63,804 nt of DNA, filler included, from Octopus bimaculoides (GCF_001194135.2; 5 parts of 5 records of this genome joined end to end with filler, not necessarily neighbours in it), one strand, 5' to 3'; positions 1-11,769 are shown, counted from the first letter of the whole stretch. Notes: generated by a model not told the origin, from the sequence alone. Translations and numbers: made by a program.

Positions 1-113
1 ATATATGGTACCCTAGGCATAACACCTACATGAACTTCTAACTTGTTGTCTCTTGAGGTCTCTGGGTGAGACTTGGATCCAACTTGTACAAATGCAAAAC
101 AAAAGTCAAACAT
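1..113 (+). mobile_element. 3' end/UTR of an RLE-type (R4/Dong-like) LINE, followed by an (AAT)n tract
   Basis: Ends in aaacataaa then (aat)n. The gaggtctctgggtgagacttgg segment resembles the post-stop sequence of the related 3' end at ~54.2 kb. No coding sequence visible, so the family call is inferred. Confidence 0.5.
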
Positions 114-150
114 AAAATAATAATAATAATAATAATAATCATAATAATAT

Positions 151-1200
151 AAGACAAATACAAACAAGAAATCATACTACCTAACAAATATGAGGAAGAA
201 GAAGAAGAAGAAGAAGAAGAAGAAGAAGAAGAAGAAGAAGAAGAAGAAGAAGAAGAAGAAGAAGAAGAAGAAGAAGAAGAAGAAGAAGAAGAAGAAACAA
301 CAAAAGCTATAAAACAAATGAAATCCAAACTAAAACTAGAACAGCAACGGACCATGATAAAACGATAGCAAGAAAAGCCCCTTCATGGCAAATACTGGAC
401 TAAACTAAATGCAAAAGAAATAGACAGAGGAAAATCCCGGCAATGGTTGAGAAGCTCAGGACTCAAAGCAGAGACTGAAGAATTTTTAATTGCAGCACAA
501 GACCAAAGCCTCCCCACCAGAAATTACAAAAAACATATAAAGAAAAGAAACATAACAAGTAACTGCAGAATATGTGGCGATGGACAAGAAACAAAAATCC
601 ATATTATCTCTGGCTGCCCGGTCCTGGCTAAGAAGGAATGTATTCTCAGACACGACAGAGCTGGGACCTACATACACTAGAAGCTATGCCAACACTATGG
701 AATAACAACAGGAAAAAGATGGTATAGGTCGCAGAAAACGAGAAAGCAACCATATTCTGGGATATGCCAATACACACAGATAGAGAAATTAAGGCCAGTA
801 GGCCAGATATAGTTGTCAGAGATCATGAAGAAAAAAAATGCTTTCTAATTGATGTATCAATACCAGCAGATGAGAACGTTTCTCTAAAAGAAATGGAGAA
901 ACTTTCAAAATACAAAGACCTGAAAATAGAGGTGGAATCTAAAAACAGAAACAATTCATATCATAGTAGGCGCATTAGGTATGATAAAAAAATATTCAGA
1001 CAAATACACAACAAAAACACCAGGACCTACAAGTATATATAACATACAGAAAATTGCACTACTGGGCACTGCACACATCCTACGCAAAACACTTTCAACA
1101 CAGTAACCATAAGAGCATCACAGCAAACCACAGCACATACCCAAGGCGCACAGAGCTGCGCTCGGTAGTGAAGTGAAAGCACGCTATAAAAATAAAACTA

Positions 1201-1203
<3 letters not shown>
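151..1203 (+). mobile_element. 5'-truncated, degenerate non-LTR retrotransposon of R4/Dong type (RLE endonuclease)
   Basis: Translations give EKPLHGKYW, LKAETEEFLIAAQDQSL, CCHC knuckle CRICGDGQETKIHIISGCP, RHD, and RLE motifs RPDIVV..LIDV..EKLSKYKDL. The frame ends ALLGTAHILRKTLSTQ* at 1106. The 3' UTR has a GCGCA/TGCGC stem and an (AAT)n tail. Frameshifts and stops are present. Confidence 0.9.
195..296 (+). repeat. (GAA)n microsatellite inside the LINE ORF (poly-Glu frame)
   Basis: Direct reading; flanks read KY-E(n)-TTKAIK in frame. Confidence 0.95.

Positions 1204-1262
<59 letters not shown>
1204..1262 (+). repeat. (AAT)n tail/target tract
   Basis: Direct reading. Confidence 0.95.
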
Positions 1263-1265
<3 letters not shown>

Positions 1266-1729
1266 AGGAGCACCACGTATGGGGAAATTTTGTTAGCTTA
1301 TCTGATGCAGAGACTCGATAACACATAGTATATGACACATGAAATGATGGTGATTCGAATGATGATGTTGTTGGACATGATGATGTTGTAGACGAGAGTA
1401 ACACATTAAAGCTCTCAAGTATCAGTTTTAATTCTATTTCTCTTCATTTTCGAAATCGAATTATTATTTGAACTTAATTTTGAACAACAGCATTGGTGAT
1501 ATCAAACTCTGTTTTTCTTGATCAGAATGCGGAAGAGATGTACAGCCATATTACCATCGAAGTCGTAAAGTCTCCAAGGATATTAATAACGGAGTTTTCG
1601 TTTCCAGCTTCTGCAAGTTGCAAGATAGGCAGAGTTAACGAACGCCCTTAGTTTTCTATCAGTTTCTTGCATGAGATCTATTAGAAATTACCCCATCTCT
1701 TGTTTCATGGTAATTGTTTTAACTTAGGC

Positions 1730-1922
1730 ACACGGCCAGCAATTTTAAGAGTAGGTGATTAGCTGATACCATCGGTCGTAGTACGTGACTGGAATATTAT
1801 TTTACCAGTCTGAAGTGATTAAAAGCAAAGTTGAGTTCGGCGGGATTTGAACTAAGAACGTAAAGAGCCGGAACAAATGCCACAAAGCATTTCTTCGAAC
1901 GCTTTAACGATTCTGCCATACG
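1730..1922 (-). mobile_element. tRNA-derived SINE, family B (head ggcagaatcgttagc..., central gactttgcctttcatcc)
   Basis: Degenerate match to other copies at ~14.69-14.80k(-), 17.9-18.05k(+), 32.76-32.91k(-), 40.33-40.54k(-), 52.36-52.43k(+), 63.75-63.80k(+). Confidence 0.75.
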
Positions 1923-3090
1923 ATTAACTTTCTGGTAACCACAGTCTGATAAAATAATGCAGACTTGATTGTTCTGCACTACATTGCTGATATTTCTATC
2001 TGGATACAACCGCATTTCAGATTAAGAATTTAACTTCCCAATTTCGTGATTTCAAGATCGATCCCAATGCAGGTCACCTTGAAGAAGTACCTTCTACAAT
2101 AACCATGGTTCGAATAAAGCATTGTGATTGGTCTGGCTCCACCACCAACACCATGAGCACCACCAGCACCACCAGCATCCCCAGCATCACCAGCAACACT
2201 AGCTGATTCTTGAGTGGGCGGCTACCGTCACCAGTGTCCACCATTGTGCAAACATACGGACCACATCACAAGTGTAAGGATAACCTCACCCTCCCTCAGT
2301 TTCAGACGTTGCTTTCTCTCTCTAATTAAGCAATAACACACAGAACATCTCTTTGCGAATAGCGTTAATAAGTCTGGCTTAGGTCAACATATATCTGCTC
2401 TTTAACGTTTTACAATTGTTCATATATCCTTTGGAAGAAAACAAGACAGATACGATCTCTTTCATTCTTAATATGATAAAAACTTGTTAACTATACAATA
2501 TTGTCAAATTAAAATTAACTTCCACTCCAAACAGAAATCCTGTTATTTGTTTTTCTTTGTGTGAGCCTGCATTACACAAACTGTATCAGCGTCATCATCG
2601 ACATGAGGGCTTTTATGTATAAATGCTTTACTCATATCTTCAGGGTAGGATTGTAGTTTAAAAGATCACATTTCTCACTTAAACATCTGAATCTTGCGCT
2701 AAATTAAAATAGAATGGACTGAATATGAAGTACACTTTCACTTTCGTCATAAGGAACTCAATAATTATGCCAAAATATATCGTAACACATTGTAGGATTT
2801 GTAAATTGTTCGGGGAAATGAATCACACTGAAACTGAATGAAGTGAACGAAATATATGAGTACATATATATGTATGAGTACACGTACTTGTGTACTTCAC
2901 AGTAAACGAGCTCATCTCCCATTTCTTGCCCATCAAATATATACCACAAAGACATATAACATAATGCGGAAGCTCTTGCTTGTTGTCATTTATCTGGATT
3001 TTTAGATGTAGATAATCACTCACTCACTCACTCACTCACTCACTCACTCACTCAATCACTCACTCACTCACTCACTCAATCAATCAATCA

Positions 3091-3135
<45 letters not shown>

Positions 3136-3371
3136 CCAATCATGTATAGATGGCTATGTGATTTAGAAGCAGAACACACTGGCCCAAGGCGCCTCACTCC
3201 ATAACGTAGCTGTAGCTGTTCGACAAAAGAGACCGATAGAATAAGCACCAGACTTAGAAAGTAGTGGGGTTGAAATTTTCGATTAAACACGTCAAGGCGG
3301 TGCTTCAGCCTGGCAGGAGCCCAATGATGCAAACAAGTAGAAAGGTAGAAAAAATAATACATACATACATT

Positions 3372-3783
3372 AGGAGTGGCTGTGTGGTAAGTAGCATGCT
3401 TGCGATCCACATGGTTCCGGGTTCAGTCCCACTGCATGGCACCTTGGGCAAATGTCTTCTACTATAGCCTCGGGCCAACCAAAACCCTTGTGAGTGGATT
3501 TGGTAGGCGGAAACTGAAAGAAGCCCGTCGTATATATGTATATATATATATATTTATATATATGTGTGTGTGTGTGTATGTGTCTGTGTTTGTCCCCCCA
3601 ACATCGCTTGACAACCGATGCTGGTGTGTTTACGTCCCCGTAACTTAGCGGTTCGGCAAAGAGACTGATAGAATAAGTACTAGGCTTACAAAGAATAAGT
3701 CCTGGGGTCGATTAGCTCGACTAAAAAAGGCGGTGCTCCAACATGGCCACAGTCAAATGACTGAAACAAGTAAAAGAGTAAAA
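3372..3783 (+). mobile_element. Full-length tRNA-derived SINE, family A
   Basis: A-box TGGCTGTGTGG, B-box GGTTCAGTCCC, internal (TA)/(TG) microsatellite, tail ending aagtaaaagag. Many copies in the window. Confidence 0.9.
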
Positions 3784-4643
3784 TAGTATATGCATACACG
3801 CGCGCACGCACACACATACACATGTTAATGAAATAACCGAACTGGTATGGGCTTTTGATCAGAGACATCATTGGCATTCCTTTCATCCATTAACCTTTAA
3901 CCATTAACCATTATCCATTAACCGCACAGTATACTTAATCAAAAACGGTCTTAATGGAGGAAATATTCTCACCGCCCTTTTGACGAAATACAGAATTAAA
4001 GAAATTTTGTGAAATGCTGGTGACTGAATTGCGTTCATTTGCACCTCGTACTATATTTCAAGTGATTGTATGTGTACATCTAGACATCACACTAATTTTC
4101 AAGTGAAGAGAGAAAATCTGTATCCAAACTTCACATTACTTTTCAAGTCAAGATAGATCTATTACCTTTACAAATGCAGGAAGTAATTCATATTGATCTG
4201 AGATGTTTCAATTTCTCGAATAAGCATTTCGATGAAGTGCCGTTCTTGACCTTTACTGACGAATCAAGAGAACAACACAGAAGGCGGCTAACTGCTGTAT
4301 AAACACTAGTTTTACACTTACCGTCTTAATGATAATATACTGTCAGTCACAGAATGTTTCTAATGCGTTGCTAGTACTGCTTCGATGTTAGAGACCAAAC
4401 ATGGAGTAAATACATAGCGAGACGACCTTGGAATAAACAAGAAGAAAGAAAGGAAGGAGAGAGGGGAGCAAAACGGTAATCATTAGTGAGAAAGAGGAAG
4501 AGAGAAAGAGAGAGAAGGAGAGAGAAAGAGAGATAGAGCATGAAATGTATTGTATCAGTTTCCTTAAGTACTAGTAGTCCTGGAGACTTCGCACCATTTA
4601 AATATCTGAAATTATTCAAGATGGCTCTTATTTTAATTTTCAG

Positions 4644-4698
4644 GTCACTACAAGAATATAAAGCTGCATCATATTCATATTCCGTTGCCGCAGTTCTG
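4644..4698 (+). CDS. Candidate internal exon, unknown gene (SLQEYKAASYSYSVAAVL)
   Basis: Strong acceptor ttattttaattttcag and donor CTG|GTATGT in unique sequence; no recognised homology. Confidence 0.35.
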
Positions 4699-5559
4699 GT
4701 ATGTTTCCAAAGATTTCCTTAGTAAATACACTGCAGAAGAATTGCTTCTGAACTTCAACATTTTAATCTAAAAAAAAAAATGAAAAAAAAAAAGATAGAT
4801 AAATAAATAAAACTTACAAAGATAAAAATAGAAAATAAGAAATAAAATGTATAAAATATCTGTAAAAATATTTACATCAAGCATGTATGATATACATATA
4901 ATTTATTGCTATTACTATTAACTGAAATCAACTCAAACTGAGAAGTTATTCATTTTCTATTAAAGAAAACTAACAGTAGTAATCATTTCTCCGCCAAACT
5001 ATCATATTAATACTGTAAGTTATGAGGGNNNNNNNNNNNNNNNNNNNNNNNNNNNNNNNNNNNNNNNNNNNNNNNNNNNNNNNNNNNNNNNNNNNNNNNN
5101 NNNNNNNNNNNNNNNNNNNNNNNNNNNNNNNNNNNNNNNNNNNNNNNNNNNNNNNNNNNNNNNNNNNNNNNNNNNNNNNNNNNNNNNNNNNNNNNNNNNN
5201 NNNNNNNNNNNNNNNNNNNNNNNNNNNNNNNNNNNNNNNNNNNNNNNNNNNNNNNNNNNNNNNNNNNNNNNNNNNNNNNNNNNNNNNNNNNNNNNNNNNN
5301 NNNNNNNNNNNNNNNNNNNNNNNNNNNNNNNNNNNNNNNNNNNNNNNNNNNNNNNNNNNNNNNNNNNNNNNNNNNNNNNNNNNNNNNNNNNNNNNNNNNN
5401 NNNNNNNNNNNNNNNNNNNNNNNNNNNNNNNNNNNNNNNNNNNNNNNNNNNNNNNNNNNNNNNNNNNNNNNNNNNNNNNNNNATAAGAAACTTATACACA
5501 CACACACACATCCATATATGTATTATTAAATGACAAAATAGAATCATCACAATCATAAT

Positions 5560-5604
5560 GATGAAAATAATAACAATGATCGTTATTATTATTATTATTA
5601 TTAT

Positions 5605-5648
<44 letters not shown>

Positions 5649-5709
5649 TTATTATTATTTTACTATAATTCTTCTTCTTTTTCTTCTTCTCCTCCTCCTT
5701 CTTCTTCTT

Positions 5710-5740
<31 letters not shown>

Positions 5741-5763
5741 TTATTATTATTATTAATATTATC

Positions 5764-5820
<57 letters not shown>

Positions 5821-5830
5821 TGTTGTAGTA
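5560..5830. repeat. Compound microsatellite (ATT)(ACT)(CTT)(ATT)(AGT)
   Basis: Direct reading. Confidence 0.95.
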
Positions 5831-6152
5831 GTTTAAAGAATTATGTTGTAGCTGTTCTACACATAAATAACAGTCGGATTGCCATTAAAAACAGATGTGG
5901 TATCGAAATATATCAATATCGGTCAGATAGGAATTTGGAATAAATAAATAAATAAATAAATAAATAAACTTAAGCAAAACTAGTAAACATGAGATATAAA
6001 AAGCTAACATTGTACGCCGTAATGTTAACGTCTATATACATAGGTCCGTTTATTAGTTACATAGTCAGTACATGTTTAATAAATAAATAAAATTTAAAAA
6101 AAGAAAAGCTTCCATGATGATCGTGTAAATACCGGTCATCTTATGCTAACAG

Positions 6153-6169
6153 AATGTTGGAGGCTTCTG
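6153..6169 (+). CDS. Candidate 17-nt microexon
   Basis: tgctaacag|AATGTTGGAGGCTTCTG|gtaaat; phase-compatible with 4644-4698 and 8916-8939. Confidence 0.2.
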
Positions 6170-6334
6170 GTAAATAGCCATCATACAGAAAATATATTTC
6201 AACTGGTCCACATCTTCCTTTTAAATTCTTTTGCCGATGGAAAGGTTCGATCGCCTACACAGTCCTTATTCACATCATTATAGAAAATTATAGTGTCGTT
6301 AGTTGTAGGCTTCCGATAGGTCAATCATTGTTTC

Positions 6335-6536
6335 TTTTATTCTTTTACTAGTTTCAGTCATTTTGACTGCGCCCATACTGGTGTTAGTCGAACAAATCGA
6401 CCCCCCGGCCTCATTCTTTGTAAGCCTAGTACTTATTCTATCAGTCAGTTTTGCCGAACCGCTAAGTTACGGGGGTCATAAACACATCAGTATCGGTTGT
6501 CAAGCGATGATGGGGGAGAACAAACACACACGCGTC

Positions 6537-6582
<46 letters not shown>

Positions 6583-6752
6583 NNNNNNNNNNCAGGCTTC
6601 TTCCAGTTTCCGTCTACCAAATCTACTCACAAGGTTTTGGTCAGCTCCAGACTATACTAGAAGACACTTGACCGAAGGTGCCACGCACTGGAACTGAACC
6701 CGGAAGCATGTGGTTGGAAAGCAAACTTTTTACCACACAACTACGCCTGCGC
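6335..6752 (-). mobile_element. SINE family A, near full length
   Basis: Reverse complement of the 3372-3783 copy with an internal (CA)n tract. Confidence 0.9.
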
Positions 6753-6874
6753 CTATACATTCCGTACAATATTAAAAATCGTAAGCTATTTCGTTCAGAG
6801 AGTAAAGTTTCGCTGGTTTTCTCTCTATCGTACTCATTAATGTATATTGTCGGAAGATTTACACATGCCCATTC

Positions 6875-6912
<38 letters not shown>

Positions 6913-7053
6913 GTCTGTGCGCCACCCTGAACTGGAAGCATACTCTTGCGGAACCCACTTGATGGTGATATAAGAAAGAGCAAACGTCGTCACGCTTACA
7001 TCGACTACTTAATAGATAGCAGACACTCTCCTGGAATGTCTGCTATAATAATA

Positions 7054-7097
<44 letters not shown>

Positions 7098-7098
<1 letters not shown>

Positions 7099-7344
7099 GC
7101 GCCCTTTTAAAGCCTAGCCAGGTTCATGGGCCCGGTTTCCCGGTTTCAATGGCGTATGTGTTCTCCAGCTGGACGGGACGGCAGTCCATCGTAGCGTTAC
7201 TCATTTTTGCCTGCTGAGTGGACTGGAGCAACGTGAAATGAAGTGTTTTGCTCCAGAACACAACGCGTCGCCCGGTCCAGGAATCGAAACCACAATCTTA
7301 CAATCATGATGCTGAAACCCTAACCACTAAGCCACGTGCCTCCA
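7098..7344 (-). mobile_element. tRNA-derived SINE, family C (V-domain-like gatggactg..ccgtccag)
   Basis: Minus strand shows A-box TGGCTTAGTGG and B-box GGTTTCGATTCC; flanked on both sides by (AAT)n. Related heads at 26.27k(+), 35.3-35.5k(-), 43.43k(+), 51.25-51.4k(-). Confidence 0.8.
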
Positions 7345-7345
7345 C

Positions 7346-7379
<34 letters not shown>

Positions 7380-7971
7380 GATAATATATGTGTGTGTGTA
7401 TGTGTGCGCGCGCGTATGTTTATGTGTATGTATGTTCTGTGTATGGCATTAAACTAATACCGGTGGTGAGGTTTCAGTCCTTGAGCTGTGGGGTGCGTGG
7501 AGTGACCCCTTAATTACCATTACTCCCAGATCCCTTCTAACCCTGCACAGTAGTACTTGTCAGAGTCCTTTTTTTCCTAAGTTTCAAATAGATTTCTCAG
7601 GGGAAGAGGAGGCTCCCATTATTTTTGCCAAAACTATGGGCAAGGCAGCTCTTCTAGCAGAAAGGTACTCTGGTATAAAACTTGCAGTAAAAATAGTGCT
7701 AGTCATATTATCATGCTTTTCACTGGAACCCACTATGGTGACCGAGAAAGTGGTAAAAGGGTGGTAGAAGCTTTCGTCACTTAAATCCAGTGACGTATAG
7801 ACGTCTCACTATCATTTCATTTCTGCATCCGTTTTCTTGTATTTTATAAAGTCCTGTGGTGATCGAAGAGTGGGGAAAAGTCATATCGGTGCACGCACAA
7901 GCAAGGATGAAAGTAAACAAAACGATCGGGCTGAATGTGCGACGGTTATCTTCTGACATGAGACAGACGTC

Positions 7972-8004
<33 letters not shown>

Positions 8005-8106
8005 TGTATGTATGTATGTATGTATATATGTATGTATGTATGTAACCGCGTGTATATCGTTGGCGATTTTTTCTTCCTCCGTCTTCCCTTCTTTGGACTT
8101 TCCTAT

Positions 8107-8141
8107 GTTTCCGACGAAGAGCTCCGCTCGAAACGTCAAAT
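8107..8141 (+). ncRNA. Minimal type-I hammerhead ribozyme motif (Penelope pLTR type), variant core
   Basis: ttt-CCGACGA-a-GAGC(tcc)GCTC-GAA-ACGT-C^-aaa: stem II GAGC/GCTC, palindromic stem III ACGT, GUC cleavage triplet; core has C at U4. Confidence 0.7.
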
Positions 8142-8238
8142 TCTCTTTCCTTTCCCGAGCGTCCAGTAACACAATATCAGTATCACGTCCTCGCGTTGTT
8201 GTTTTTTGTTGTTTTCTTTTTTGAACTCACTATGTATG

Positions 8239-8272
<34 letters not shown>

Positions 8273-8399
8273 TGTATGTATTCATGTATGTATGTATGTA
8301 AATATAATGTAAAAAGGCAAAGACATGAAAGCGTGTATTTGAGAATTTAGTCTTAAACACCCATAGGAAAGATGATGATTACGGACGGAGTAATTTGGT

Positions 8400-9232
8400 T
8401 ATAAGCCTTGAAACTAACCCTCCTCCTCCTCCCCATCTTCCCTTCTCCTCCTCTTCCTCCGCCTCCTCCTACCCCTCCTCCTACCCCTCCTCCTCCGCCN
8501 NNNNNNNNNNNNNNNNNNNNNNNNNNNNNNNNNNNNNNNNNNNNNNNNNNNNNNNNNNNNNNNNNNNNNNNNNNNNNNNNNNNNNNNNNNNNNNNNNNNN
8601 NNNNNNNNNNNNNNNNNNNNNNNNNNNNGCCCTCCTCCTCCTACCCTCCTCCTCCTCCTCCTCCTCCCCCTCCTCTGTCTAACAACCATCCTCATCGTGC
8701 TCATACTTATCCTTGTCATCGTCATCATTAACTTATTCATCATCGACATCATCAACATATGCATCATCGTCATCATTATCATCGTTGTCATCTACAACAA
8801 TAACAACATCAACAATAACAACAAAAACAACAACAGAGACAACAACAACAACAACAGTAAGAAAGCCATGAGACATCCTAAACCAACTGCTTTGACCTGC
8901 TGACCTTTCCCAAAGGATGTCAGCCATCTTTACGCCTTTGTAAGAAAGAAGTTATTAATGGAATTTTCGTACTTATTTATTTTTATTTCGTTTAAAGAAA
9001 TTTTAAATAGTGTCGTGACGTCAGTAGATAAGACCCTTGAAGAATGTTTCTTCCAGTTCTAAATAAATTAATTCACCCCTTTACATTCTGTTTTTGTTTA
9101 TTTGCGAGATTATTTATTGCTTTCAAATCGATGTCGAGACGTTCTGTTTATTTACAATTACTGTTATTGTTGTTGTTGTTTAAATAAGAAATCATCATCA
9201 TCGTTATAGTCGTCTGCGTCATCACCGATGTC

Positions 9233-9275
<43 letters not shown>

Positions 9276-9426
9276 GGAGGAGGAGGATAATGATGATGAT
9301 GAGGATAATGATGTTTATGATGGTGATGACTACGACGATGTTGACGATGACGATAGTGTTAATGATGACAATGTCATCGGAGAAGATATGATGATGATAA
9401 TGAAGATGACGCTGACGACAACCTTA

Positions 9427-9457
<31 letters not shown>

Positions 9458-9549
9458 CGATGATGACAATAACACAGACACTGCTGCTGTTGATTATAAC
9501 GATATCGACGATGATGATAATAAAGATGGTGATGATGTTGATGATGATG

Positions 9550-9584
<35 letters not shown>

Positions 9585-9760
9585 AACGGTGACGATAACG
9601 ATGATGATGATGATGTAAACTATTGTTTGAGAGATCATCATCATCATCATCATCATAGTTATCGTCATCGTCATCGTCATCGTCATCATCATCATCATCA
9701 GCAGCAGCAGCAGCAGCAACAGCAGCGTCGTAATCATCGTTGTCATCGTCATCAACATCG
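8400..9760. repeat. Mosaic of (CCT)n, (CAT)n, (AAC)n, (GAT)n microsatellites with a gap
   Basis: Direct reading; explains the poly-M/I/P ORFs in the track. Confidence 0.95.
8916..8939 (+). CDS. Candidate 24-nt exon
   Basis: ctgacctttcccaaag|...|gtaaga. Confidence 0.2.
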
Positions 9761-9933
9761 ATATTTTCTGTTTTAAAAAAATTTTTTTTCTTTAATTGTA
9801 AAATGAAATGGGTAGAGTTTAATGATTGTCAGATGAAGCCAACGGCAAATCATGACTCCACCAGCACCGTTTTATCGACGTAGGAATCTACACACGCGAT
9901 ATGTAACATTTGGAGGCACGTCGTGTCTTGCAG

Positions 9934-9974
9934 AAAATCCCCATTGGTTTCCTTTCACTTCGTGACACATTCTG
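9934..9974 (+). CDS. Candidate 41-nt exon
   Basis: cgtgtcttgcag acceptor and CTG|GTAAGT consensus donor. Confidence 0.3.
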
Positions 9975-10857
9975 GTAAGTTGATTTCCCTGCCGTTTCTA
10001 TAATATAAAAGGGACGGGTATTTACTGATTTAAAAAAAAAAAACCTTTCTTTCTTTTCTATTTTATAACGATTTTTTACACTTGCTCTTGTTTCATATAA
10101 AATATTAGAACAATACAATTCTCATAATGGGGTCATGAAGTTGTTATCTATTTTAATGAGATAATGAGCTCCTTAATGTTCTTAATACTTGATTGTCTTT
10201 CTCGTTTTGTTGTTACATATATTTTATATTTATATTATAACTGATGGACAACTGTTGGATGAGCAATAACTATATGAGTGACAGTATCAATATAATCTGT
10301 AAGGTTGTGTAAACATCTAAGCGTAATGAATATTAAAAATGGCCATCAATCAGTTATGATTTTTACTTATTATTCAAGTACGGATAGGCTAGATAAGCAT
10401 GAGTCATATAATATTTGAATAATAACAAAGCCAGTTACTGATATTTTGTATGCATTTAATATGCACATTTCAAGTGGTTAAATATGTTTTTATGCAGAAA
10501 TACATCCTCTTCAGTAGCTGAAAGCAGTAGGTTTCTTGTGTAACAACTTGTTAGAAAACGTCTGAAATGTACGCATTAAATGCATTCGAAATATATATCT
10601 ACATATATTTACATATACTTATATATATATATATATATACACATGCATACATACACGCACAAACAAACAAGCAGAAACACACACACATACACACACACAC
10701 ACACACGTACACACATATTAAAGTGGGTTGTGACGTAACAGTGAGAGAGTGACCATTAGTTTCGCACTTATAAAGTGCTAAGCAGTATAGACCACTCTTC
10801 AGACGCAAAAGGCCGACGGCACATAACGTCCTTAAATGGAGATTGAAAACTCCACGG

Positions 10858-11432
10858 TTACTTACTCTTTTACTCTTTTACTTGTTTCAGTCATTTGACT
10901 GTGGCCATGCTGGAGCACTGCCTTTAGTTGAGCAAATCGACCCCAGGACTTATTTTTTGTAAGCCTAGTACTTATTCTATCGGTCTCTTTTGCCGAACCG
11001 CTATGTTACGGGGACATAAACACACCAGCATCGGTTGTCAAGCTATGTTAGGGGGACAAACACAGACACACACATACATACATACATATATNNNNNNNNN
11101 NNNNNNNNNNNNNNNNNNNNNNNNNNNNNNNNNNNNNNNNNNNNNNNNNNNNNNNNNNNNNNNNNNNNNNNNNNNNNNNNNNNNNNNNNNNNNNNNNNNN
11201 NNNNNNNNNNNNNNNNNNNNNNNNNNNNNNNNNNNNNNNNNNNNNNNNNNNNNNNNNNNNNNNNNNATATATACGACAGGCTTCTTTCAGTTTCCGTCTA
11301 CCAAATCCACTCACAAGGCTTTGGTCGGCCCGAGGCTATAGTAGAAGACACTTGCCCAAGGTGCCACGCAGTGGGACTGAACCCAGAACCATGTGGTTGG
11401 TAAGCTACTTACCACACAGCCACTCCTGCGCC
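10858..11432 (-). mobile_element. SINE family A, full length with internal gap
   Basis: Matches family A on the minus strand. Confidence 0.9.
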
Positions 11433-11769
11433 TAGTAAACAAAAAATTTATATACAAACAAAATGTTCGAGTTAGGTTGCCATATGCAGTATAGGGTTAT
11501 CTCCCCTACATCGCCTAGACATGTAATATTCTAAGATGCTTGTTTTATTTTTCAATCCAACATCTCTGGTCCGGCTGCGGTGGTGTTCTAAGATGCTGTT
11601 GTTGTTGCTGATTTATTCGACATCTGGGGTGTTCGAAGCTTGCAGGAACGACTTCGGCTGTGGTGGTGTTCTTAGATGCTGCCATTGTTGATTTATGCAA
11701 CAATCCGTCTCCGTCTGTTGTGGTTTTCTAAGAACGTGATGCGGTTGTTTTTTTATCCACTCCCCTCAT

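Noticed and set aside
38-355. Poly-Ser/Ile ORF and similar poly-M/I/HT/YI/VC ORFs throughout
   Set aside because: Translations of microsatellites or N gaps.
7600-7790. Frames open on both strands for ~55-75 codons, with a small hairpin at ~7774
   Set aside because: No recognisable motif and no convincing pair of splice sites.
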